Assembly (NCBI GenBank): GCA_964538135.1
Contig: CAZIEE010000001.1
Location: forward strand, 1-43,293
Direction: 5' to 3'
Source: an uncultured Methanosarcinales archaeon
GTDB lineage: Archaea; Nanobdellota; Nanobdellia; Woesearchaeales; GW2011-AR4
DNA: 43,293 nucleotides
Shown here: positions 1 through 10,700 of the stretch, in pieces
Position numbering within the stretch: position 1 is the stretch's first letter
Layout: the number at the start of each line of letters is the position of its first letter
The notes under the pieces: model-generated
Databases searched by the model: none
Told to the model about the DNA's origin: nothing
The model's input: the letters and a program-made list of their open reading frames with translations, nothing else
Translations under genes and position numbers: made by a program

Positions 1-90
1 ATATTAATAGGATAGAAGGCATCCTTTATAAATCTCATCCAAAGATGTCCAGTGAATTATGTCCAGTGGTATTGGAGGATTTGCTTTCCT

Positions 91-110
91 CCCCTATTTA
101 AAAATAGGGG
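91..110. repeat. Perfect 20-nt palindrome CCCCTATTTAAAAATAGGGG upstream of the first gene
   Basis: Read directly; can form a 9-bp hairpin or a dyad protein-binding site. It is preceded by a 10-nt direct repeat ATGTCCAGTG at 45-54 and 59-68. Confidence 0.5.
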
Positions 111-148
111 TATCCAGCGAATACGCTTTATGAAATGAAACGAATCAA

Positions 149-1699
149 ATGAAATCAAGAATATTTACTAAATTATTTATTTTTGGTGTACTTGGTGTAT
201 TTCTACTTAGCGTATTACCAGCTTCCATTGCATCAGTTGAAGAGTCAAACATTTTCTCAGGAACTGTTTTAACAAATACTGAAAAAATAATTGAAGGGGG
301 TAAATTTAGGTTTATATACGAAAAATCTCAAGACAAGGTTTTTGTAGTAACCCCTTTTGGAGATTTAATTGTAAATAACAATAATTGTGAATCTAATTCC
401 AGATTTAAGGTATGTATAAACAAAGTTAATTTTTCACATAAAAATTTTACTACCTATGCCTATTATTATAATATAGATACAACAATCTATAAGAGGGCTG
501 GAAAATTAATTACAAGTTTCAATGTAGTACCTGACAGATTACTACAACAACAATCTGCAAGGTTTACAATAACTTTTAGTAACCCTACAATATTCCCCAT
601 TTCCAATATTTCATACTCTCAGGAGTTCAAAAATTTTTTAGTGACAGAAATTGATGGGTGTACTTTGGATGGAAATGACAGAAACAAAATTGTATGGTCA
701 GGTTCCATTGAGCCCAATTATCAAGAGTCATGTACTGCTACTATTGTTGCGCAAGAAGATGGAAAATTTGAACTAGAAGGCAATATAAGTTACTTTGACT
801 TTTACGATACCCAAAAAGAAAAAGTAAAATCTATACCAATAGAGGTACTGCCAAAAAAGCTAAAGGTAGTCCAAAATATTGACAAATCTATTGAAGTAAA
901 GAGTCCATTTTACTTCAATATATCATTAACCAATATCGACTTAATAGAGGACATTGATGCTTCAATAAGTATATCTCTGCCTGCTCAAATAGCAATTATT
1001 AATGATGCTGGGTTCAATCAAGATTTAAATTTTTTAAAACATAAAGTAAAAATCGAACATGGTTCTACTAAAAATTATTCATTTTATCTTGAATCAAAAT
1101 CAGAGATTAATGAGGAGATTAAACAAAATTATGCTTATGAAATTAAAAATATAGTAGACACAATAGAAAATAATGTCCTTATTAATGTTGTAGAGCCAAA
1201 GCCAATTATAGAATTGTTTACAGAACACGATGAATTAGAACCAGGTCAAAATTTTGTTGTTATTGTATACATAAAGAATCCTAGCACATACCACCCATTT
1301 AAAGACATAAAAGCAAGTTTGGATTTCGGAGCAGAGAATATAGAAAAAGATCTGGAAAATCTCATGCCAAATGTGAAATTTACAGTTATAAATAAAACAT
1401 TAATTACTCCAAAAAACTTAAGTACAGGAGTTAACAAAACCATAATTAATCTTGATATTTATTATAAATTTGAGGGTATTGAAAGGTCTCTTAATAAGTA
1501 TTTGGAACTGGGAATTAAAAACGAATCAAAGTCAATTAATCAAACAAAAAAAAGTATTCAGACTACAGAACTTAAAACACCTGTAATAGAAAATCCAAAT
1601 AAGCTATCCAAATGGCAGTTTTTAGTTTTATTTGCTTTGATCATTATGATATCCTATTTCTTTTTTATTATTAAGCGCGGGATAAGAAAAAATATTTAA
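149..1699 (+). CDS. Secreted, membrane-anchored surface protein of unknown family
   Basis: 516-aa ORF. N-terminal Sec-type signal peptide (MKSRIFTKLFIFGVLGVFLLSVLPASIASV). C-terminal hydrophobic anchor followed by basic residues (WQFLVLFALIIMISYFFFIIKRGIRKNI). The N/T-rich middle looks like beta-sandwich-rich surface proteins. Confidence 0.6.
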   Translation: MKSRIFTKLFIFGVLGVFLLSVLPASIASVEESNIFSGTVLTNTEKIIEGGKFRFIYEKSQDKVFVVTPFGDLIVNNNNCESNSRFKVCINKVNFSHKNFTTYAYYYNIDTTIYKRAGKLITSFNVVPDRLLQQQSARFTITFSNPTIFPISNISYSQEFKNFLVTEIDGCTLDGNDRNKIVWSGSIEPNYQESCTATIVAQEDGKFELEGNISYFDFYDTQKEKVKSIPIEVLPKKLKVVQNIDKSIEVKSPFYFNISLTNIDLIEDIDASISISLPAQIAIINDAGFNQDLNFLKHKVKIEHGSTKNYSFYLESKSEINEEIKQNYAYEIKNIVDTIENNVLINVVEPKPIIELFTEHDELEPGQNFVVIVYIKNPSTYHPFKDIKASLDFGAENIEKDLENLMPNVKFTVINKTLITPKNLSTGVNKTIINLDIYYKFEGIERSLNKYLELGIKNESKSINQTKKSIQTTELKTPVIENPNKLSKWQFLVLFALIIMISYFFFIIKRGIRKNI

Positions 1700-1739
1700 A
1701 TTGAACGTAAATGTATTGAATAAAATTGTATTGAATAAA

Positions 1740-2054
1740 ATGAAAATAAGCATAGATACCAAAGAAGACTCACATGATGACCTAAAAAGAGTGATAAGAA
1801 TGTTACAAAACCTTGTTGGTGAATCCACTGAACCACTCACAAATCAACCAGGTTTATTTAGTGAGCAAAAAACTGAAAATATAAAAAGTCAAGAGGAAGA
1901 AGATAAATTGCAACAATCTACAGATAATCTATTTGCAGATTTATTTAATCAGGAAGAGATAGATAAAATGAAAGAATCAGAAAACGATGAAACTAAAGAA
2001 GATGAAGATTCATTTATTCCAGAAAACAAAAAACCTATAATAGAATTTTATTAG
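1740..2054 (+). CDS. Small acidic hypothetical protein
   Basis: The ORF-track start at 1701 is TTG; the first ATG is at 1740 (MKISIDTKEDSHDD...). E/D-rich and likely disordered; no recognisable domain. Confidence 0.4.
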   Translation: MKISIDTKEDSHDDLKRVIRMLQNLVGESTEPLTNQPGLFSEQKTENIKSQEEEDKLQQSTDNLFADLFNQEEIDKMKESENDETKEDEDSFIPENKKPIIEFY

Positions 2055-2677
2055 ATCACTATGATTTTTCCCCTTTTACCAACATTTATAACCTTAGTTT
2101 TTCCTATCTTTTCTTCTATACCTTCTGCCTCATGTACATGACTGCAGAGTAAGAAATCTGGTTTAAATACATCTATTGCCTTTTTTATACCTTCACTTCC
2201 TGGAAATATATTAGAGAACTTTTCCATTAACGAGCCAGAAGGGTGAACATGGGTCACCAAAATTTTTTTCCTTGAATTTTTAATTCTTTCATGTCCCTGT
2301 TTTATTAATTCAAAAATTTCGTCTTCTCCTAATTGGAACATTCCAATATTGGCACCTCCACATCCAAATAAACCAACACCTTTGTGCTTAATTGAATATC
2401 CATGCAGGTTTGTTGCTCCATAGAGTTCTGCTAGAAAATCAGCTGTTGCAACAGTTTCATGATTTCCAGGTATTAAAATAACCTTTTTATTTTTCTTGAC
2501 AAATGGGCCTATAATCCCCTCAGTTGATGTTTCTGCATAAGTCAGATCTCCACACAAAACAACAAGATCCACATTTTCCTTTTCTGCCTGATCTGCAAGT
2601 TTTTTAGCGAGATTTGTATCTCCATGAATGTCTCCTGCTGCAAGGATTTTGAGCTTTGTCTTATCTTGTTTCTCCAT
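2051..2677 (-). CDS. Calcineurin-like metallophosphoesterase (YfcE/MJ0936-type)
   Basis: Motifs GDIHGD, CGDLT, GNHE, THVHP and SHVHE occur in the canonical order. Confidence 0.8.
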   Translation of the reverse strand: MEKQDKTKLKILAAGDIHGDTNLAKKLADQAEKENVDLVVLCGDLTYAETSTEGIIGPFVKKNKKVILIPGNHETVATADFLAELYGATNLHGYSIKHKGVGLFGCGGANIGMFQLGEDEIFELIKQGHERIKNSRKKILVTHVHPSGSLMEKFSNIFPGSEGIKKAIDVFKPDFLLCSHVHEAEGIEEKIGKTKVINVGKRGKIIVI

Positions 2678-2710
2678 GTTTTATATTAAAAGTCACATTG
2701 TTTAAAAAAA

Positions 2711-3280
2711 CTATCTATCAATAATCCTTACATTTCTAGTCAAATCAACTATCTTACTTGGCTTTACCTCTTTTTCCCCCTCATATAATATAAAATCAGT
2801 TACTCTTCTTATTTTAGGATCTAAATTTTCCAAGGAGCTCATATAATCCTCTTTACTTAAATTAACAGATGTCGTAATAATGGGTATACCTGCTTCTTTA
2901 ACTAAATTGCTTATCCAATGATATGGTATTCTAATACCTAATGTGTCCAAACCAGGATTGCAGTCTTTTGTAACACAATCTGGATTTTTTAATTTAAAGA
3001 TTAAGGTATATGGACCAGGTAATCTACCCAGCCATTTTTTTCCTTGTTGTTTAACAATACAGTTTTTATTAATCCACTCTAATGATGGTGCAATTACTGA
3101 AAAAGGATTTTGAGGTCTTTCCTTAATCTTTCTAATCTTTTTTACTGAATCAGAAAGTTCTGCATTACAACCTATGCCATAGATTGTGTCTGTAGGATAA
3201 ATGAATATACTTCCTTTTATTATTTCTTCAATAATAGAATGTTTTTGAATATTCAATTCTTCAAAGTTTAAAATCCGCAT
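2711..3280 (-). CDS. tsaC: L-threonylcarbamoyladenylate synthase, YrdC/TsaC/Sua5-domain (tRNA t6A)
   Basis: YPTDTIYGIGCNA motif and YrdC-like length. The track ORF extends to 3364 through a hydrophobic, non-homologous leader. ATG at 3280 (MRILNFEEL) lies 25 nt from a TATA element, which fits a leaderless mRNA. Confidence 0.8.
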   Translation of the reverse strand: MRILNFEELNIQKHSIIEEIIKGSIFIYPTDTIYGIGCNAELSDSVKKIRKIKERPQNPFSVIAPSLEWINKNCIVKQQGKKWLGRLPGPYTLIFKLKNPDCVTKDCNPGLDTLGIRIPYHWISNLVKEAGIPIITTSVNLSKEDYMSSLENLDPKIRRVTDFILYEGEKEVKPSKIVDLTRNVRIIDR

Positions 3281-3300
3281 GAATAAACTGAAAAAAACAC

Positions 3301-3310
3301 AATATAAAAA
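3301..3310 (-). promoter_or_regulatory. TATA-like element for leaderless tsaC
   Basis: Minus strand reads TTTTTATATT, centred about 25 nt upstream of ATG 3280. Confidence 0.4.
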
Positions 3311-3322
3311 GGTTTGTGAAGT

Positions 3323-3514
3323 GGTATGTGCATAGCCGATCTTTACGACACTGAGCAAAATCACGCCTTCAGCGAGTTGCCGTCAGGTTCGCACATGGTT
3401 ATTATTTTTGTGATAACCGACATTCATCTCCGTAGGGGGCATCCCCTTCGCTGCAACGCTCGTAGATGAATTCAGTCCGATTGAATTTTGACCTTATGAT
3501 GCTATGCACATACC
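3323..3514. ncRNA. Candidate structured ncRNA of about 190 nt, family unknown
   Basis: G+C-rich island in an AT-rich divergent intergenic region. Perfect 14-bp closing helix: GGTATGTGCATAGC (3323-3336) with GCTATGCACATACC (3501-3514). Internal hairpins: GGTTAT/ATAACC, TTCATCT/AGATGAA and GGGG-GCAT-CCCC. Strand is uncertain. On the minus strand the helix is followed by a T5 tract and preceded by TATATATA at 3527-3537. Confidence 0.4.
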
Positions 3515-3526
3515 GTTATTCGAAAA

Positions 3527-3537
3527 CTATATATATT
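3527..3537. promoter_or_regulatory. Palindromic TATA element (CTATATATATT)
   Basis: It could drive the pilin/adhesin operon on the plus strand (ATG 3614 with GAGG at 3607-3610) and/or the ncRNA candidate on the minus strand. Confidence 0.35.
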
Positions 3538-3613
3538 CATTAATATGGTTTACTGTATTTAATTGGATTGGTTGTTTAAATGCTGTTTAAAAGTGGTTTA
3601 AAAAAAGAGGTAT

Positions 3614-4735
3614 ATGAAATCAACAAAATCTCAACTTACTATAATCCTGATTGTAGTACTTGTTCTGGTTACCATATCTGGATTGGTAATCTACCTTGCT
3701 AAATCAGGAATTCAGGAAAGAACCAAAATTAACATAGAAAAAACTCAGGAAATTACTACAGAACTCCAACCAATTACAGCATTAGTATCAAATTGCCTTA
3801 ATGGCCTTGCAAAGGATGCAATCTTATTGATAGGCAAGCAAGCTGGATACATCTACACAAGCCAGGGTGGAACACTTAACGATTATTCAGATAGCGATAA
3901 AGGCAATCTTTTTATAAAGTATAATGATGTTAATGTTGGTTACAACATAGTGCCCCCTATTGGTAGTTTTGATGATGGTAGTAGAGTATATTCAGCTTAC
4001 TTGCCAGTTTATCCATGGAAGATATTCCCCTATAAAGATGATACTTCCTATGGTGATTCCAATAGAATCTATAAAGGATATTTTGGTAGAAACAAAATGC
4101 CACTATTAACTAAAGATAATGGTCTTCATTCCATTCAATCCAACATAGAGAGCTATGTTGATAAAAATATTATTAAATGTCTTGATTTTAGTTTGTTTGA
4201 AAACCAAGGTTACAAAATAAAAACAGACACTCCAAAATCAGATGCAATAATAGGAAATAAAGACCTTACGGTTAACCTGATACTTCCACTGAATATAATT
4301 CATCAAAAAATGAAACTTAATGCTGAGTTGAATGAATTTTCAACAATTGTTAATATACGACTTAAGGATATTTATTTTTTCACAGAAGAATTGATAAATA
4401 ATGATATTTCTGACATAAAATTCGATATTGATGCTGATACAAATAATAAGGATTCTATGACTATAGAGTTAATTAAAGATGTGAATAATAAAGATGATAT
4501 AGTAATCATAACTGAACATAATTCACTTGTTTATGGTAATCCTTATCAATATATATTTGCAAGAAAGAACAGAGCACCTGCTCTTCATTATATAAAATCA
4601 GGGAGTACCCCTCCATATAGCCCAAAAGCTGAAGACCCAGATGAAGATAGCTATACATTTACTACTACTATTACTACACCTCCAAAGGTAGAGGTAAGTG
4701 ATGGCTTGCTTATAGACTACCAAGATATAACTTAA
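3614..4735 (+). CDS. Prepilin-like (class III signal peptide) protein, first gene of the adhesin operon
   Basis: N-terminus MKSTKSQLTIILIVVLVLVTISGLVIYL has a short charged tip followed by about 20 hydrophobic residues. The 350-aa extracellular part has no recognisable domain. The stop lies 14 nt before the next gene. Confidence 0.55.
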   Translation: MKSTKSQLTIILIVVLVLVTISGLVIYLAKSGIQERTKINIEKTQEITTELQPITALVSNCLNGLAKDAILLIGKQAGYIYTSQGGTLNDYSDSDKGNLFIKYNDVNVGYNIVPPIGSFDDGSRVYSAYLPVYPWKIFPYKDDTSYGDSNRIYKGYFGRNKMPLLTKDNGLHSIQSNIESYVDKNIIKCLDFSLFENQGYKIKTDTPKSDAIIGNKDLTVNLILPLNIIHQKMKLNAELNEFSTIVNIRLKDIYFFTEELINNDISDIKFDIDADTNNKDSMTIELIKDVNNKDDIVIITEHNSLVYGNPYQYIFARKNRAPALHYIKSGSTPPYSPKAEDPDEDSYTFTTTITTPPKVEVSDGLLIDYQDIT

Positions 4736-4749
4736 AAAAAGACAATAAA

Positions 4750-7700
4750 ATGAAAAAAGAGGTTATAATTTTATTTTTGATGTTGTTTTCAATCTTTGTC
4801 CTACTCTTACCTACAGATGTTTCTGCTCAGATTGGGTGTTGTACAAATCCTGGAGCTGGGACTGCAATATGTTCATCTTTAGCAGTATCTATAGGTTCCT
4901 GTTGCCCAACTCCAGAAAAAGACAATCCTGTATATTATTCTGATACTAATACTCAACTACCAAAAGACTTTTCAACTTGTAAATCTACTTTCTTTTCTGA
5001 AGGTACTAGTTGTAACGATATTAAATGTCAAATAGGTTGTTGTTGTTCTGAACTGGGTGGAGAGATTAAATCAGGAGCAGAATGTAAAGGTCCAGGTTTT
5101 GAATTTAAAAAAGAGCTAACATCTTGTGATACTGCTTGTGCAACTCCAGAGTGTAGCGATAAGATAGACAATGATGGTGATGGTTGTATTGATGGCAAAG
5201 ACAAAGATTGTACCAGTACTTTTGATAAAGAAAAAACAAAACAAACAGGTAGTTCACCTTGCTTAGAGCAATCTATTGATTGCAGCTCTTTAACCTACGA
5301 ACCAAAATTGAGTAATCTGATAATAACTCCAATAAAAGGAGAAAAAAAGTTTTTATTAAGATGGGAAGATGAGTGTACTAATAATGCTCAAAATTATGAT
5401 ATTTTAAGGTGTAATAAAAATCAACAAGATTGTAAAGATTCAGATTTTAAATCTATATCTTCTACAAACACAAATTCTTATACAGACGAATCAGATTTAT
5501 TATTCGATAAAACCTATACTTACAAGGTCATAGCAACCTACACCAATGATAAACAAACAATAATAACCAAAACAGCAAATCTTGGCAATCTGGAATGTTT
5601 TGGTCAGACTAATGATAATATTTTCTGTATACACGGAACTTACTATGATCAATATGAACAATACTTAAAACAAAATAATTTGGGTAGTTTATCCAATTTT
5701 ATTAAAAAAGAGGAAGTAAAAAATAGATTTAATAAAGCATATTCTTGTAATTCTAATAATCTACTTATTTCAAATGGTCCAGATCCACCATGTGATGTTG
5801 ATTCTTTATGTCTTGTAAGGGACGGAGTAGCATCATGTGTGGAAAAAGTTACTTGTAATTATAATGAAGGAAATCCTTTTGGATTGTTTTATACAAAAGA
5901 AGGTTGTGAAGGAACTCCTACTACTACCCCCCCTATTCCCTATAAATACTGCTTCTACGATAGGTCACATACTACCATAAACTCCTGCTTTAATTGTAAG
6001 CCATCAATGGCATGTTATGATTATAAAGAAAAAGATTCATGTTTAAAAGATAATTGTGAGATAGGCTCTTGTGAGTGGATAGATTTAGTTAATGAGATTG
6101 GTGTTGGTGTTTGTCGTAGTACCTCTAAATCTAACTGCAAATGGTGTGAAAGTGAAGGAACAATCTCTTTAGGCAATCTGGAATCTTTCAATAAAGTGTT
6201 TGATTCCTGTACAAAGACAAAATCAGATGCATTATCCATTCCACCTGATCTCAAATGTTACTTTAGCAATGGAAGATCAAAAGATTGTAAAGATGCTGTA
6301 TGTACAGATTATGATCCTGATGAGATAACTCAATGCAGCCAAAAAATAAGTCTCGATCCTAATAATAATATATTACGTTATGGGTCTGGGACTAATAATC
6401 CAATACTGTCATCAGATCCATGTGGTCTAAATATATGTCAGAAAATTGAGGTAACATCTGGAAATTCTATGTGTGTTAAAAATGCAGATGGTGATGCCAA
6501 ACCAGATTGTCAATCCATAAAAGATAACTCTATCATTCCTGAATGTGAAAGTGATTATTTTGCTCCAGAGACAAAATTGACTCAAAAAACTAAAGTATCT
6601 GGAATACTCGACAAAATTAATTTAGAGATAACAGACCTTACAAGTTTTGATAGTCCAGTTATACTAGTTGATGAAAGTAAAGACTATAAAACCTTCCTTT
6701 GTGTTTCTAATGGCAGAGGAGAATCAAGGTGCAGTGATCCTCTAAAACATCCTTATGCTAAATCAACAAAAAAAAAGAGTATAGAAGTGATAGGGCTAGA
6801 AGCTTATGATACTGGAACTGGTAAACCAATTCTATTTTTTAATGAAGGAATAAATACCATAAAATACTATTCCCAGGATCCATCAAAGAACATTGAAGTA
6901 GTTAAAACTGCAGATATTAATGCACAAATTAGTGGAAGTGGTCCAAAGGTATTCAAAATTAATATACTTAATTCTGAGCTTAAAGAGGATTTTACAAAAA
7001 CACTTTATACGAACAGCAAAAATCAGGATATAAATGTTAAATTCTATACTCTTGCAACTTTGACATTTGCAAGGCTTGAGAAAAAAGGATTAATCAACCC
7101 AGTATGGAGTCTTATCAGCTCGGTTCCTACAGATAGTGAGAACTCTGTATTGTTACCAACAAAAGATGTAATGGGAGAGGGAGAGTATCAATTCAGGCTT
7201 AATGCAAAAAACGACAAAGGAATTTTGATGGATAGCGAGTTCTTAGCATCAATCATTGTTGATGTAACTGCTCCCAATCTTGATATTAAATATCTTGATG
7301 GCACTAATGAAAAAGAGTTGGCTGATGTAATCATCACCAGCAAAAATAATCAAGGAACAACTATAAAATTAAAGTTCAATGAAATAGTTAGCATTGAATC
7401 AGTTAAATTAGAAGACAAGGAAATAAAAAATGATTTCTCAACAACTGACAATAAAGAATTTAAACATACAATAATCCTTTTAGATGGAAATAAAAGACTT
7501 GATGTAAGAGCAAAAGATCTTGCAGGCAATGTAATTGAAAAATCAATTCAATTTACTATTAATGCAGATCCAAATCTGAAGATAAAGTTAGTAAATCCAG
7601 AATTTGGAGTTGCATCTGCCCTTACCTTTGATCTTGTTATAAAAACTGATAATGATGCTACATGTAAGTATAATTTAGATGATTCTCTTCAATTTGATTT

Positions 7701-10700
7701 TATGTCTGCTTTTGATCCAAAACCAAAACCATCAACTGAACATAAAAAAATCAGTTTTGATGGAATAAAAAAAGATGGTGAAGTTCATAAACTAAATATA
7801 AATTGTAAAGATGAAGTTAGTGGAAAAAATACTCTTCAATCATTCGATATAAGTGTTGATCTCACTGAACCAGAGATAATAACTGCGTATGCATATCCAA
7901 ATCCAATTACTGAAGATTCAAAAACAACTAGTTTGACTGTTCAGTCAAATGAACCTATAATATGTAAGTTCGGTACAGACCTTGGTAAAGATCCTGGTGC
8001 AATGTTTGACCAAATGAAAGGTTTTGAAGATTTTGATAAGAATAATTTTAAAACTATAACCTCTCAAAAAATTACTTTAGAAAATGAAGGAGAATTTACT
8101 TATTATGTTGCTTGCAAAAATAAAGCAGGACTTAAATCAGATGTTAAAGAAGTTATAATTAAAGTAGATTTATCAATACACCTAATTATTACTTCACATA
8201 CAGAACCTTTGTTTGGATCAGAAAATGTTAAATTATCTATAGAAACTAATAAGGAATCCAGTTGTAACTATAAACTAGGTTCACAAATCACATTGTTTGG
8301 GGAGCAAGGCTACACACATCAAAAAGATATTACTTTAACTAATGGTAAGCATAATCTTTTAGTCAAATGTTCTGCTAAAGGGGGAGTAGAAAATGATCAA
8401 ATTAACGTAGAAGTAATTGTGGATACTCAAAAACCACAAATGGTTTTTGTTGATGACACAAGTAATTTTGAGCAATTCCCAGAAAAGACCTGCTTAACAC
8501 ACAGATTAAGAGTTAAATGGTTAGGGAAGGATGATGAATCTGGTGTAAAAGAGTACTTTTATTCTCTGATTAAATCTGATAATCCTAAAAATACTATTAT
8601 AGGATTTACACAAAGTTTTGATAGTAATGAATTCGTATTTATTGATAAGACTTCAAATAATGAACCTCTAAATCTGAAAGACAATACTAAATATCTTTTC
8701 AAAGTAAAGGCAAAGGACTATGTAGATTTAGAGAGTGAACCTAAAGACAGTAATGGCATAACTGTAGATACATCTGCTTGCAGACCAGAACCAAAATGTG
8801 GAGATGGGGATATAAATAAGGAAGGGGAGGTTTGTGATTACTCTAATGGAAATTTTGTATTTGGTTCATATCCAAATAAATGTATTGATTACACAAATTT
8901 CATTGGAGGTATTTTGAAATGTTCTGGTAATTGTAAGGATTTTGATATATCAGACTGTGTTGAACAAAAATATTGTGGGGATGGGATAATAAACACAGGT
9001 GAGCATTGTGAGAAAGGGAAATCAGGTGTAGATAAATTTGGTAGCTCTAAAGCATGTACAGATTTAAATTTTGCTGGTGGTACATTAACTTGTGATTCCA
9101 GTAGGTGCTTTTTAGATACATCGAGATGTACACCCAAATCAAAATGTGGCAATAATTTGATAGACTTAGGAGAGGAATGCGATGGTACTAATTTTGGGAG
9201 TATATTATTAAATGCTGATTGCAAAGAATATAGTAGTGCATTCACAGGTGGAACATTTAGTTGTAATAAGTGTAAAATTGACACTAGTAAGTGTGAGGGT
9301 ATTCCAAATGGAAAATGTCCTGATAATACTATCAATATAAATGAAAAATGTGATGGTAACAGATTTGGTATCATAGATAATTGTGTTGAACTGGGCTTTA
9401 AGGGAGGGACTATAAGTTGTAGTAACAGATGTGAACTTGATACAAGTAAATGTGAACCAAAACCATTATGTGGAAATGATGTAATAGAGCCTGGAGAAGA
9501 ATGTGATGGAGACAATTTAGGAATAATAAAATCCAGTTGTTCTGAGTACAGTTCTTATTTCAGTAGTGGAACTATAAAATGTGATGACAACTGCAAATTA
9601 GATACATTTAACTGTGTTGAGTCCCCAGTGTGTGGTAATGGTTTTTTAGATGGTTCTGAGGAATGTGATAGAACTAACTTTATAGGGATTGCTGATGATA
9701 AATGCACCTCTTATAGCCAAACTTATGAAAGTGGGATACTTGGATGTGGTAAAGATAACTGTAAGGTATCTACAAATAATTGTGTACCTAAGCCAGAATG
9801 TGGTAATGGAGTAATTGAAAACGGAGAAAGTTGTGAAGGTAATGACTTTGGATCTAATGCTCCTAATGGAAAATGCACTACCTACTCTAATGATTTTATA
9901 GATGGTGACTTAAAATGTAAAAATTGTCAGATAGATGTATCATTTTGTAAATCAGTGCCAGAACCTATTTGTGGTGATGGTGTTATAAACCAAGTAAATG
10001 AGGAATGTGATCTAAAGGATCATAGAGGTAACACCTGTAAAACATTTGGTTATAAAAATGGGGATTTGAAATGTACAAATAATTGTGAATATGATACTAG
10101 TGGTTGTTCTAATCCTGAAAAGACATTTTGCCAAGATGGAAAAGTACAAGAACCAAACAGCGTTGGTTTTAATGAGCAATGTGATAAAAATGATTTAGGA
10201 GACAAAACCTGCAGTTCATTTGAAATTTATACTGGTGGAAGTTTAAGTTGTAATGTTGGTTGTACATTTGATTACACCAAATGTGTTCCTAAAAATCCTA
10301 ATATTCAACCAGTTTGTAATGATGGTGTTATAAACCAAGTAAATGAGGAATGTGATCTAAAGGATCATAGAGGTAACACCTGTAAAACATTTGGTTATAA
10401 AAATGGGGATTTGAAATGTACAAATAATTGTGAATATGATACTAGTGGTTGTTCTAATCCTGAAAAGACATTTTGCCAAGATGGAAAAGTACAAGAACCA
10501 AACAGCGTTGGTTTTAATGAGCAATGTGATAAAAATGATTTAGGAGACAAAACCTGCAGTTCATTTGAAATTTATACTGGTGGAAGTTTAAGTTGTAATG
10601 GTGATTGTACATTTGATTACACCAAATGTGTTCCTAAAGAGAAACCTGTAATATGTGGTGATGGAAAGATAGGTGGGAGTGAAACTTGTGATGGAAATAC

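Noticed and set aside
31-44. 14-nt match AATCTCATCCAAAG between the window start and the 3' end of the operon ATPase gene (41681-41694).
   Set aside because: Exact matches of this length are expected by chance in a 43-kb AT-rich sequence. Flanking bases do not extend the similarity, and the short minus-strand frame at 4-70 has no supporting ORF.
3281-3364. N-terminal extensions proposed by the ORF track. These are tsaC to 3364, dnaG from 18718, the pilin-like gene from 12806, MEVKM- starts at 24424 and 32550, and xseB from 27369.
   Set aside because: The extensions are non-homologous, overlap upstream genes or the ncRNA island, or start at TTG/GTG inside a GGAGGT ribosome-binding site. Downstream ATGs with Shine-Dalgarno or TATA spacing fit better.
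3386-3391. T-loop-like strings (GGTTCG at 3386-3391, GCTTCGAAT at 18386-18394) suggesting tRNA genes.
   Set aside because: No acceptor, D or anticodon arms can be drawn around them, so no cloverleaf is supportable.
8889-9515. Long antisense ORFs in the six-frame track inside well-supported genes. Examples: 6021-6254, 8889-9515, 10863-11108, 11208-11528, 18903-19466, 19626-19964, 29450-29974 and 35507-37213.
   Set aside because: They lie fully within genes that have clear family signatures or repeat structure on the other strand. They have low-complexity S/P/L/F-rich translations and no start-site signals. They are shadow ORFs typical of biased composition.
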